Source: a virus
Lineage: Duplodnaviria; Caudoviricetes
Virus record (IMG/VR): IMGVR_UViG_3300012953_000093
Location: 1-34,866 of that record
Strand: one strand, 5' to 3'
DNA: 34,866 nucleotides
Below are positions 1 to 7,614 of this stretch, piece by piece. A program made the translations under genes and the position numbers. The notes below the pieces were generated by a model. The model did not search any database. It was given only the letters and a program-made list of their open reading frames with translations, and was not told the origin of the DNA. Each line of letters begins with the position of its first letter. The stretch's first letter is position 1.

Positions 1-34
1 ATATGGATCACCCTTATGATGCAAGGATAATAGG

Positions 35-229
35 ATGATATATACAATAATATTTACAGCAGAGTCTGAGTTTTCAGTTAAAGTTGAGGCTGATTCAAAG
101 AGTGAAGCAGAAGATAACTTTTATAATGATGAGTTTGATGTTCAAACGTTAGTTAATACAGGCAATGGTGAGCCGGGTTATGTAGAAAATCCTGCTCATG
201 ATGGTGTGATACAGGAGATAATAGAATGA
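35..229 (+). CDS. hypothetical acidic phage protein
   Basis: 64-aa ORF; stop overlaps the next ATG (ATGA coupling). Confidence 0.7.
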   Translation: MIYTIIFTAESEFSVKVEADSKSEAEDNFYNDEFDVQTLVNTGNGEPGYVENPAHDGVIQEIIE

Positions 230-675
230 ACTTTGATGGTGAAACATATGATGAAGAGTTAGATGGTGAGCGCATGACTACACAGTTGGAGTTAGTACGT
301 GAAATTATGAGTGATCAGGGTTGGCATCGTAACATTGAGGTTGCGAACAGGGTTGATTGTTCTGAGTCTGGTGCTGCTGCTCGGATACGTGACTTGCGTA
401 AGGAGAAGTTTGGTTCATGGGAGATAGTGCGTCGTCGTGTCGCTCATGGTAATGGGTTGCATGAGTATCGGTGGACTGGTGAGATAACTGAACCAGATGT
501 TAAGCAGCATAAGTGTGTGATTAGTAACTGTCATAACGCAGAGGCATATGACAATCTGTTAGATAGACTGATGGAAATAGATAGGATGACTGGTACTGAT
601 GTAAGTTATCGGTATGCGGTTGAAGAGTTAATTGATATTGAAAATAAAAATATGATAAATAGGAGATGGTTATGA
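226..675 (+). CDS. winged helix-turn-helix DNA-binding protein
   Basis: GGAG RBS. FDGETYD...IMSDQGWH..IEVA....SESGAAARIRDLRKEKFG...RRR...GLHEYR resembles a phage wHTH family. Confidence 0.65.
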   Translation: MNFDGETYDEELDGERMTTQLELVREIMSDQGWHRNIEVANRVDCSESGAAARIRDLRKEKFGSWEIVRRRVAHGNGLHEYRWTGEITEPDVKQHKCVISNCHNAEAYDNLLDRLMEIDRMTGTDVSYRYAVEELIDIENKNMINRRWL

Positions 676-779
676 ATGAAGATGAAGAAGAATTTGACCC
701 AGACCATTGGGACAACAGTTGTCAGACTTTGCAAACTAAATTTAATACAGGTTGGGAGTGGCTAGAAGATAATGAATGA
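672..779 (+). CDS. 35-aa acidic hypothetical protein (not in ORF track)
   Basis: AGGAG RBS and ATGA overlap with the upstream gene; MNEDEEEFDPDHWDNSCQTLQTKFNTGWEWLEDNE; fills the gap to 772. Confidence 0.6.
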   Translation: MNEDEEEFDPDHWDNSCQTLQTKFNTGWEWLEDNE

Positions 780-1047
780 AGCATTAAGAATGAGAGTCAA
801 AGCAGAAGAAATGGCTGAGCGTTATCGTGATGCAGGCATAAAAATTAACGAGAATAGTATGTGGCATAACCCTTGGACTGGGGCTGCTGAGTATGACGTT
901 GAGGCTTATGGTCCCTCGTATTGGGTTTGTGAGGATTGTGGTGTACGTGTGTATGAAGGTGGCGATGATGTGTGTGAAGAGTGTGGTTTAACGTATGAAG
1001 AAATGGAAGCAAGAGAGGAGGAAATAACCGATGAAAGAACTAACTGA
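772..1047 (+). CDS. small zinc-finger protein
   Basis: CEDC...CEEC pair; GGAG RBS. Confidence 0.7.
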   Translation: MNEALRMRVKAEEMAERYRDAGIKINENSMWHNPWTGAAEYDVEAYGPSYWVCEDCGVRVYEGGDDVCEECGLTYEEMEAREEEITDERTN

Positions 1048-1273
1048 TGTAGATAATTTTGATAAATATAATTGGGATGAGTTGTTTAATGGGAACATCT
1101 GGGAAATAACTAAAGAAGATTGTCCTGAATATAAATACTTATGTGAAGGTTGGCTATCTTATGCAAGAGAGATTGCAAAAAGAAGATACCAAATGAAACT
1201 TAGTTATAGAACAAAAGAAAGGGATGGGGCTGGAGATCCCACAGTTATATGGATGAAAGCGATAAAAAATTAA
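1031..1273 (+). CDS. hypothetical protein
   Basis: GAGGAG RBS; overlapping operon packing. Confidence 0.7.
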   Translation: MKELTDVDNFDKYNWDELFNGNIWEITKEDCPEYKYLCEGWLSYAREIAKRRYQMKLSYRTKERDGAGDPTVIWMKAIKN

Positions 1274-1530
1274 AACATGTTGCAAAGTTAGTTAATCAAT
1301 TTCGTAGCAACATAAAGTATAAACCGTTTAACAGTAACGTTGACCAAGCCAGAGTGATGGGGTTCCTTAATTCTTTGGGTGATGTGTTGATGGGTAATGG
1401 TAGGGGGTTGCCTCAGTTACGTAAGGAAACAAAAATGTTTGAGTCTGAAGCGTTGACTGAAGATGAGATGGAAAAGAATAGAGATCTGTCAGCCGAGTGG
1501 TTGAAGAAGATAAGGAATAAGAATGATTAA
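1249..1530 (+). CDS. hypothetical protein
   Basis: 93-aa ORF in operon context; GGAG upstream. Confidence 0.65.
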   Translation: MDESDKKLKHVAKLVNQFRSNIKYKPFNSNVDQARVMGFLNSLGDVLMGNGRGLPQLRKETKMFESEALTEDEMEKNRDLSAEWLKKIRNKND

Positions 1531-1603
1531 TAAATTAAAACGTTTTATTTGGGTGCGTAGACGTGTGTATAAAACAAAAAAATATTTAATGTCACACCTG
1601 TAA
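1523..1603 (+). CDS. possible 26-aa basic peptide
   Basis: AAGGA upstream, overlaps the previous stop; MINKLKRFIWVRRRVYKTKKYLMSHL. Confidence 0.3.
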   Translation: MINKLKRFIWVRRRVYKTKKYLMSHL

Positions 1604-1620
1604 TGTTTAATAGATATAAA
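1590..1620 (+). promoter_or_regulatory. putative early promoter (TGTCACACCTGT...TGTTTAAT/TATAAA)
   Basis: AT-rich gap; shares CACACCTGT with the spacer of the 13765-13793 promoter. Confidence 0.35.
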
Positions 1621-1634
1621 GAAAGGAATACGTT

Positions 1635-1814
1635 ATGAGTACAATACATTTAACTAACTATGCCGGGTATGCAGACAACAGTCCGAAGGCAACGATCATG
1701 TTGGAAGGTGATGAGATAGTAGCGCTGCGTGATTTGTTGGAGAGAACTTCTCGGCATATGGAAATGGGAGATCTTGATGATCTTACTAATCAGATATTGG
1801 GGTTGAACATATGA
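1635..1814 (+). CDS. 59-aa hypothetical protein (not in ORF track)
   Basis: AAAGGA RBS; MSTIHLTNYAGYADNSPKATIMLEGDEIVALRDLLE...; ATGA overlap with 1811. Confidence 0.7.
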   Translation: MSTIHLTNYAGYADNSPKATIMLEGDEIVALRDLLERTSRHMEMGDLDDLTNQILGLNI

Positions 1815-2149
1815 GTGAAAAAACTTGTGAAGATAGAATAGATGCTGCTCTTGAATCTAGAGCAGAGGATTTCATAGAAATATATAGGATGGCTGATTGG
1901 GATTCGTTACATGAATACGGTTTGGCTTATGATAGTAAGATTGAACCTGAAGATGATGCAATGTATTCAAGGTATCAAATATCTTGGGGCGGTCCGTCTG
2001 AAGAAATAAGATTCTATAACAACAAATGGTTAGGTACTAAAAGAATTGAATTTGTTTATATGGATTGGTTTGATTCTGCTAAGCGTGACATTAGTAATGT
2101 TGAGTGGGCGCAATGGCTGCAAGATTACTTTAGTGAATATGAAATATGA
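1811..2149 (+). CDS. conserved phage protein (SWGGPS-x-E-x-R motif)
   Basis: YQISWGGPSEEIRF...FVYMDWFD motif; translationally coupled on both sides. Confidence 0.75.
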   Translation: MSEKTCEDRIDAALESRAEDFIEIYRMADWDSLHEYGLAYDSKIEPEDDAMYSRYQISWGGPSEEIRFYNNKWLGTKRIEFVYMDWFDSAKRDISNVEWAQWLQDYFSEYEI

Positions 2150-3051
2150 TACGAAAGGATTTATCACATATGAATTACACACAACCACCAGTAGAAAACA
2201 ATCGCAGGTTATTTCTGCCGAGAATAGTTGAATATTGGGAACAAGATAGGGAGGCTCCTAGCAACCCTGAAGGTACAAGATGGCGTGGTAGTCAGGCTGC
2301 TTCTTGTGCGAGGCAAATAGCGTACGCTACGGCTGGCTCAGAAGAAACTAATCCACCGGGACTAGCAGATAAATGGCGTATGGGTTTAGGCTCTACTGTT
2401 CATGAGATTCTAGCGCCTGCTATGGAGCGTTGGGCTGGTAAAGATTCCAGTCTCAACATCATAGAGGAATGGGAGACACCGTTAGGTGAGCATGGCTACG
2501 GTCACGCTGACATGCTGATTGAAACAGGTGAAGGTCAACGCATCTTGCTTGAGTTAAAAACTATTAACGGCTTTGGTTATAAGCAGTCGGTTGAGAATAG
2601 TCAAGGGCCACGTTGGTCTGCTGTGGTGCAAGGTTCTATGTATGCTCACGCTGCTAAGGCTGACTTGTTAGTGATCGGTTATCTGGCTATGGAGTTGATA
2701 TCTCCGGGTCGTGCTGCTGCTAAGGGTATTGATGAGATAGGTAGGTTCGCTTCCGAGTGGCATTACACTAAGGAAGAGTTCACTCCTTGGGCTGAGGCTG
2801 AGGTGGCTAGGCTTGAAGGTATTACTAGTGAGATACATGATAAGGGTGTTGCTGCTCATGATATTCCTCGTAGGTTTTCGCATTACGATCCTGATATTCC
2901 GTTCGGTGCTGAAGTAACTGCTCCGTCTAGTGGTAAGTGGATGTTGAGGAATGAAGAGAATGCTGTTATAGACTCAGGTTCAACGTGGATGTGCAACTAT
3001 TGCAGGTTCCAAAAACTATGTGTAAAGGATAACAATGAGGCCGCATTCTGA
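2146..3051 (+). CDS. Cas4-like / PD-(D/E)XK exonuclease with probable Fe-S cluster
   Basis: N-terminal S-x4-C-x-R, G-x3-HE, GHAD...LELKT, Q-x3-Y; C-terminal CNYC-x5-C. Confidence 0.85.
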   Translation: MIRKDLSHMNYTQPPVENNRRLFLPRIVEYWEQDREAPSNPEGTRWRGSQAASCARQIAYATAGSEETNPPGLADKWRMGLGSTVHEILAPAMERWAGKDSSLNIIEEWETPLGEHGYGHADMLIETGEGQRILLELKTINGFGYKQSVENSQGPRWSAVVQGSMYAHAAKADLLVIGYLAMELISPGRAAAKGIDEIGRFASEWHYTKEEFTPWAEAEVARLEGITSEIHDKGVAAHDIPRRFSHYDPDIPFGAEVTAPSSGKWMLRNEENAVIDSGSTWMCNYCRFQKLCVKDNNEAAF

Positions 3052-3376
3052 CCCGTACCTAGAAATATTATATGTTGATCCGAATCTGGATGAAGATGAT
3101 CATGATGTTATTGCCGAGTTTTCTTATTGGGAATGGCGTGCAATACAGCATGGGTTGCATTCATACATGAAAGAACTCAAAAAAAAATTAGATGATTTTG
3201 GTTTGCCGTATCAGATACCCAGTAAGAAGGATGTTGAGAGCGGTATTAAACCTGTTCATGATCAGTTGCAATTAGCATCTGCTAGAGAAGCAGCCGAAAG
3301 TATGTATGAATCTATCGGCTATATGCATAAGGAGTATAAGTTTGGCACCCCAACCCCCCCGAAAGAAAAAAGATAA
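3035..3376 (+). CDS. hypothetical protein
   Basis: AAGGA RBS; 113 aa; overlaps the upstream gene. Confidence 0.65.
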   Translation: MRPHSDPYLEILYVDPNLDEDDHDVIAEFSYWEWRAIQHGLHSYMKELKKKLDDFGLPYQIPSKKDVESGIKPVHDQLQLASAREAAESMYESIGYMHKEYKFGTPTPPKEKR

Positions 3377-3590
3377 GGTCGGTGTTGGCTATCCGTTGAG
3401 AGCGGTGTGTCAATGCGGTGAAATAATTGTGCCTGTTGGTGGTACTCCAGGTGCCTGTTATATACATGAAGATACTTCGTTATTTTGGTGCGGTTATGAT
3501 GATATGGGCAAGTATACTTATGCTAAAGAAGTGGAAGTTTTAAAGAGGGGGATGCGTCCTCTTCGTAAGCAAAGGAAAAAAGATGAGTAG
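3306..3590 (+). CDS. small Cys/His-containing protein (true start probably near 3396)
   Basis: CQC...C..H...C; fills the gap before 3583; start codon uncertain. Confidence 0.5.
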   Translation: MNLSAICIRSISLAPQPPRKKKDKVGVGYPLRAVCQCGEIIVPVGGTPGACYIHEDTSLFWCGYDDMGKYTYAKEVEVLKRGMRPLRKQRKKDE

Positions 3591-4428
3591 AGAAATAGTT
3601 CCGCTAGGTAACAGCCGACGTATCCCTGAGCATGGGCGTATACGGTTGGGAGTTAAAACTGCTAAGGCGATGAAGAGTATTGATACGTTTCGTTTCACTT
3701 CAATGGATCGTGAAGCACTTGAATCTATTGCTGCTATCTACGGTGGGAGTGTAGAAAGTTGGACTCCACAAAGATCTAAAATCGCTCAATGGGAAGTACT
3801 AACTACTGTTGATGACATACGTGTGTTTCTGCCGCCTGACAGTGTAAGTGTTTGGTATGAAGAGTGGTCGGGTGGAGGATTGCAAAAGCGTTGCGATGGT
3901 ATAGACATGCAGATTCCTGTTAACACACCTGATGGTTCTGATATTGATATTCAACCATGTAAATGTGACGCTATGAATAAAGCATCTGGTCGTGCGATGA
4001 CATGTCAACCGTATACAAGGCTGCGTGTTATCTTGCCGGAGATTCCTTTCGGTGGAGTGTGGCGGTTAGAGTCTAAAGGTTGGAATGCTTTCCATGAACT
4101 GCCCGGTATGGCTGAGATGTTAGAAGGATTGCAGGCTGAGAATGTAATTGAGGGCCGGTTGCTATTGGAGAAACGCAAAAAAACAAGTAATGGGCAGACA
4201 CGTAATTTTGTTGTTCCTCGTTTAGTAATCGGCTCCTCACCCTTGGAGATACTGTCTGGTAGTGCTAACATAACTGCTCTGTCTACACCGGAAGTTAAGA
4301 CCATGGAATTAGATTCAGCAGATACAATAGTTGAAGCAGAAATAGTTGAAGAAGGTTGGGACTCTCCTCCTGCTGGAGTGAGTGTCAAGATGAATAAAGG
4401 TCCCGGTCCTAAGTACATACCAGCATAA
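3583..4428 (+). CDS. phiC31 gp3-like recombination directionality factor / recombination-replication protein
   Basis: GRIRLG, FRFTS, IA..YGG...W, RCDG, C.C...C.P.TRL.V.L.EIP.GVWRLESKGWNA..EL motifs. Confidence 0.75.
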   Translation: MSREIVPLGNSRRIPEHGRIRLGVKTAKAMKSIDTFRFTSMDREALESIAAIYGGSVESWTPQRSKIAQWEVLTTVDDIRVFLPPDSVSVWYEEWSGGGLQKRCDGIDMQIPVNTPDGSDIDIQPCKCDAMNKASGRAMTCQPYTRLRVILPEIPFGGVWRLESKGWNAFHELPGMAEMLEGLQAENVIEGRLLLEKRKKTSNGQTRNFVVPRLVIGSSPLEILSGSANITALSTPEVKTMELDSADTIVEAEIVEEGWDSPPAGVSVKMNKGPGPKYIPA

Positions 4429-4429
4429 A

Positions 4430-4507
4430 ATGTATGAAGTAATGGTGTGGTCAGGTTTAATTATTTGGGCGCTACTTATTACGTACTCGTGGAGGATTAA
4501 AAACTAA
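4430..4507 (+). CDS. 25-aa single-TM peptide (not in ORF track)
   Basis: MYEVMVWSGLIIWALLITYSWRIKN; starts 2 nt after the upstream stop; TAATG overlap with 4507. Confidence 0.5.
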   Translation: MYEVMVWSGLIIWALLITYSWRIKN

Positions 4508-4866
4508 TGACTGACATGTATGGTAAAGGACCTAAAGGAAAAGCGACAAGGCTGCATGCAAAGATAGTTCGTTCGCTTGGTTACTGTGAAAATTGTGGAA
4601 CGAGTAATGTATTGCAATGTGCTCACATTATTTCACGTAAGTATTCTCATACACGCACCATGTTGGATAATGCTTTCTGTTTGTGTGCCTCATGTCACGG
4701 CAGATTTACTGACAATCCAGTAGATTTTGGTAACTTCACTATGGAAAAAATAGGTGAAAAGAAGTATTATGAATTGGTTGCAGCCAGAAATAAGTTGGAG
4801 AAATTTGATTGGGATGAAGAAGTTAGTAGACTGGAAGAGATCGCTAGAGAGAGAGGCATACAATGA
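4507..4866 (+). CDS. NinG/Rap-like HNH endonuclease
   Basis: CENCG...QCAHIISR...TR...DNAFCLCASCH; GGAGG RBS. Confidence 0.8.
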   Translation: MTDMYGKGPKGKATRLHAKIVRSLGYCENCGTSNVLQCAHIISRKYSHTRTMLDNAFCLCASCHGRFTDNPVDFGNFTMEKIGEKKYYELVAARNKLEKFDWDEEVSRLEEIARERGIQ

Positions 4867-5636
4867 GTGGACATTTGGAGATACCTACCACGTCATCGTG
4901 GGTGAGGTTAGATGAATTACATCCACAGTTCAAATTCAGGTTGGGTGCTTTACTTGATGCACCTGAGTGTAAAGGAAAAGTTGCAGTCGTATCAGGGGTC
5001 AGGACGTTTGCAGCGCAAGAAGCGCTATACAAAAAGTATAAGGCCGGTAAAGGAAACTTGGCCGCCAACCCGAACAGAAAATTTGGGGGAAATTTCCAAG
5101 GGTCATGGCACATGGCTCAGCCAGCGCTAGATAACTACGGATTCGCTGTTGACTTTCGTATAGTAAGCAAAGGTATCTCTACTTGGCAAGTAAACAATCT
5201 GGCTAAACAGTACGGTATCTATCCTACAGTTAAATCTGAGTGGTGGCATCATCAACCGTATGGTCGTAAAAGTGATGGCACGTGGGGATGGTTTGACGCT
5301 CCGGCTCTTAAAGGAGAAGCAAGCGAGCATAAGGAACCTGTTATAATTTCTAAACCTCACCCGTTGCAGGTACTTAAAGAAGGATCTGATAAGGCGAGAA
5401 GGCAGGTACTTAGGCTTGGTTCTCGTGGTGAGGCAGTAAAGTTTTTGCAATTATTTCTTGAGCAGCAAAACATTCCGTGTGCTAGGAATGGTAAGAGAAC
5501 TCTTAAAGGTGCAGGCATTGATGGTATCTTTGGGAGAGGAACGTTGCGTGCTGTTAAACAGTTTCAAAAAGATTCAGATTTAATTAGCGATGGTATAGTA
5601 GGTCCAGCCACTTGGAAGGAATTAATAGATGGATAA
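4863..5636 (+). CDS. endolysin: M15 (LAS) Zn-peptidase plus C-terminal PG_binding_1 domain
   Basis: SGVRT..Q..LY, SWH...AVD, EWWH ligands; LRLGSRGEAVKFLQ...DGIFG..T..AVK.FQ....DGIVGPATW. Confidence 0.85.
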   Translation: MSGHLEIPTTSSWVRLDELHPQFKFRLGALLDAPECKGKVAVVSGVRTFAAQEALYKKYKAGKGNLAANPNRKFGGNFQGSWHMAQPALDNYGFAVDFRIVSKGISTWQVNNLAKQYGIYPTVKSEWWHHQPYGRKSDGTWGWFDAPALKGEASEHKEPVIISKPHPLQVLKEGSDKARRQVLRLGSRGEAVKFLQLFLEQQNIPCARNGKRTLKGAGIDGIFGRGTLRAVKQFQKDSDLISDGIVGPATWKELIDG

Positions 5637-5841
5637 CGAATGGGAAGATCCTCAATGGACAGTAGAGTTGACGTTAGATAACGAGTCTAGGTTGTGGGAG
5701 TTGCATGCTGTGGGTCCAGCAGGGTTTATTAAACATTTCTTAACTGATGCTAAGGTAAGTGTTGTGAGTAAGTTATCTGATGAAGAAGAATTTGATTCTC
5801 TTATTCCTCAGTTAGAAGAGATTGATACTTCTAATGGGTGA
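5629..5841 (+). CDS. hypothetical protein
   Basis: AAGGA RBS; overlapping packing. Confidence 0.65.
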   Translation: MDNEWEDPQWTVELTLDNESRLWELHAVGPAGFIKHFLTDAKVSVVSKLSDEEEFDSLIPQLEEIDTSNG

Positions 5842-6004
5842 GTTTGAAACACATTATGTGTGGGGCATGGACCCCGGTGAAGGGCATCCAATGATGGAAT
5901 TACCGTTTGATGCTATTATGGAATTAACTACTACACCGATGAAAACACTTGGTGGTAAAACGTTGATGGAATATATAGAGTCCTTAAACAAGGACGAAGA
6001 TTAA
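5834..6004 (+). CDS. hypothetical protein (56 aa; start moved to ATG 5834)
   Basis: ATG 5834 overlaps the upstream stop; ends flush against the convergent gene. Confidence 0.6.
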   Translation: MGEFETHYVWGMDPGEGHPMMELPFDAIMELTTTPMKTLGGKTLMEYIESLNKDED

Positions 6005-7063
6005 TTACCAGCCTTCAGATTTTCTATCTAGGACTTTGATTGGAGTTTGCCAAAGCACTCCATGTTCAGGTACATTAATCCATAGAGCCTGTTGTGGATC
6101 CTCAAAGGAGAAGTTAGACACAGCAGCGTACTCATCGTAACCTTTGAGGCTACCATTAATAATGAAGTTGCCGCCCCAAACAAGTTGGTGCCAGTGACCC
6201 AAGACCATACAGTCAAACTCGGTGTTGTTCTTTTTACGAGCGACTAAGCGCATGATTGGAGGCCAGATCCCACCGATCCCACCTCCACCTTTGGCTTGAT
6301 CGCCATGTGTTAGGAGATAAGTAGAATCATGAACCTTTACAAAAGCGTCAGCAGTGTCAGGAACTTGAAAAGTGACACGCTCATCATCAGCGAAGTGTTG
6401 TTCTAATTGTTTGCCAAGAAACCAGTCAAAGTTATCTCTAGCCCTGTGCTTCATGCGAGGCTTACGGGTACGGCGACTGTGATTACCGACAACGACAGGG
6501 ACATGGACCTTACCGAACTCGTCAGCAAGAAGGTTGATACCAGCAGCGAGTTGCTCAGCCCAGTACAAGACACTACCAAGCATGGTGTCTTCGTTGGTTT
6601 CACTGAGTTCTTCATGGATGTCACCGGAGAACATGTCTCCTCCCATAAAAAGAACGCACCCATCGTAATCAAGTCCAGTGATGTACTCCTTAGACAGCAA
6701 AACAACTTTAGTAAAAAATCGTTCCAGTCTCATGGTAGCGATGTCTCTGTTGTAGGCGTTCTTGAAGTCCATTTCAGCAGGATCAACGACCTCATCAAAG
6801 TGCGTGTCAGAAAGAACCGCACAAACTATGCCAGTATCGTTGCGCTTACGCTTGGGGCTCAACCATTTGGGGGGTTTGAGACTGCTGCCTTTAACGCTGG
6901 CGAGAAGATCATATCTGCGTGTAATCTCTTCAAGGTCAGATGTAAGAACCTTTACCTTTACCTTAGCCGTCGCCGCTTCTCGTCTAGCCTTCGCGATCTC
7001 TAAGATTTCTTTTGAAGACGCATCGTCTTCAGTAAATTCTTTTAAACTCTTATCGTCTTTCAA
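6005..7063 (-). CDS. calcineurin-like metallophosphoesterase with N-terminal coiled coil (start likely TTG 7063)
   Basis: SDTH, GGD..SGDIH, GNH, THGD, GHWH motifs; AGAGG upstream of TTG AAA GAC. Confidence 0.88.
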   Translation of the reverse strand: MKDDKSLKEFTEDDASSKEILEIAKARREAATAKVKVKVLTSDLEEITRRYDLLASVKGSSLKPPKWLSPKRKRNDTGIVCAVLSDTHFDEVVDPAEMDFKNAYNRDIATMRLERFFTKVVLLSKEYITGLDYDGCVLFMGGDMFSGDIHEELSETNEDTMLGSVLYWAEQLAAGINLLADEFGKVHVPVVVGNHSRRTRKPRMKHRARDNFDWFLGKQLEQHFADDERVTFQVPDTADAFVKVHDSTYLLTHGDQAKGGGGIGGIWPPIMRLVARKKNNTEFDCMVLGHWHQLVWGGNFIINGSLKGYDEYAAVSNFSFEDPQQALWINVPEHGVLWQTPIKVLDRKSEGW

Positions 7064-7271
7064 GGGACCGTAACCTCTTAACTTTGTTTGGAGTTCCACC
7101 AGTATAGCCAAGGCTAACTAGCCACTTCATGACTGTGTGTTCACCTATTCCAGATGACGGATCGTTTAACGCATCCCATGCTTGATTAAAAACATCGTCA
7201 GGTAATTGATCCGACCATCCAGAAAAGGTTCGGTCTGTTGTATTAACAAATTCTTTTAATGTTTTATCCAT
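7050..7271 (-). CDS. small helical protein, probably leaderless (ATG 7271)
   Basis: ATG lies 6 nt after the TATACT -10; overlaps the phosphoesterase start. Confidence 0.7.
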   Translation of the reverse strand: MDKTLKEFVNTTDRTFSGWSDQLPDDVFNQAWDALNDPSSGIGEHTVMKWLVSLGYTGGTPNKVKRLRSLERR

Positions 7272-7277
7272 ACAACC

Positions 7278-7307
7278 AGTATACAACTAGGCTGTGGATA
7301 AGTGCAA
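7278..7307 (-). promoter_or_regulatory. sigma70/SigA-type promoter TTGCAC-N18-TATACT with a DnaA box (TTATCCACA, 7293-7301) in the spacer
   Basis: Minus strand reads ttgcac ttatccacagcctagttg tatact ggttgt ATG. Confidence 0.7.
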
Positions 7308-7314
7308 GAACTTG

Positions 7315-7611
7315 TTAATCAACTAGGTCTACGAATATGCATTCACCGGGGCATTCTTCAGCAGACTCAATGGTTGCTTCTACATCTTCAGGTAAAACAG
7401 AAGCCGTACCTAAAGCCATCTTCAATGCAGGTTCACCCTTAACTGCACCATCAGGGCCATAGATAGTAGGCCATTCTTTTTCTTTAACATAGGCTAAACC
7501 GTCGTCGTGCATTTGAAAAACGTCTGGCGCTATTTCAGCGCAGAGACCATCTCCTGTACAGAGGTCTTGGTCTATCCAGACTCTAAGGTTAGAGATATCT
7601 TTACGCTGCAT
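7315..7611 (-). CDS. fdx: single-cluster ferredoxin (3Fe-4S/4Fe-4S), auxiliary metabolic gene
   Basis: VWIDQDLCTGDGLCAEIAPDVF...DDGLAYV...AEECPGECI, i.e. CxxDxxC...CP. Confidence 0.9.
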   Translation of the reverse strand: MQRKDISNLRVWIDQDLCTGDGLCAEIAPDVFQMHDDGLAYVKEKEWPTIYGPDGAVKGEPALKMALGTASVLPEDVEATIESAEECPGECIFVDLVD

Positions 7612-7614
7612 GTG

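Noticed and set aside
2146-3051. CRISPR-Cas system
   Set aside because: Solo Cas4-like nuclease; no repeat-spacer array or other cas genes seen
3345-3376. AAAAAAG slippery site joining 3035-3376 to the next ORF
   Set aside because: The downstream ORF is in the +1 frame and the heptamer is not phased for -1 slippage
6407-7073. 198-aa and 103-aa + strand ORFs
   Set aside because: Antisense shadows of the motif-complete phosphoesterase; no RBS or recognisable motifs
7050-7111. Programmed frameshift fusing the 73-aa protein to the phosphoesterase
   Set aside because: An independent TTG start with an RBS explains the overlap; the TTTAAAA heptamer lies after the upstream stop
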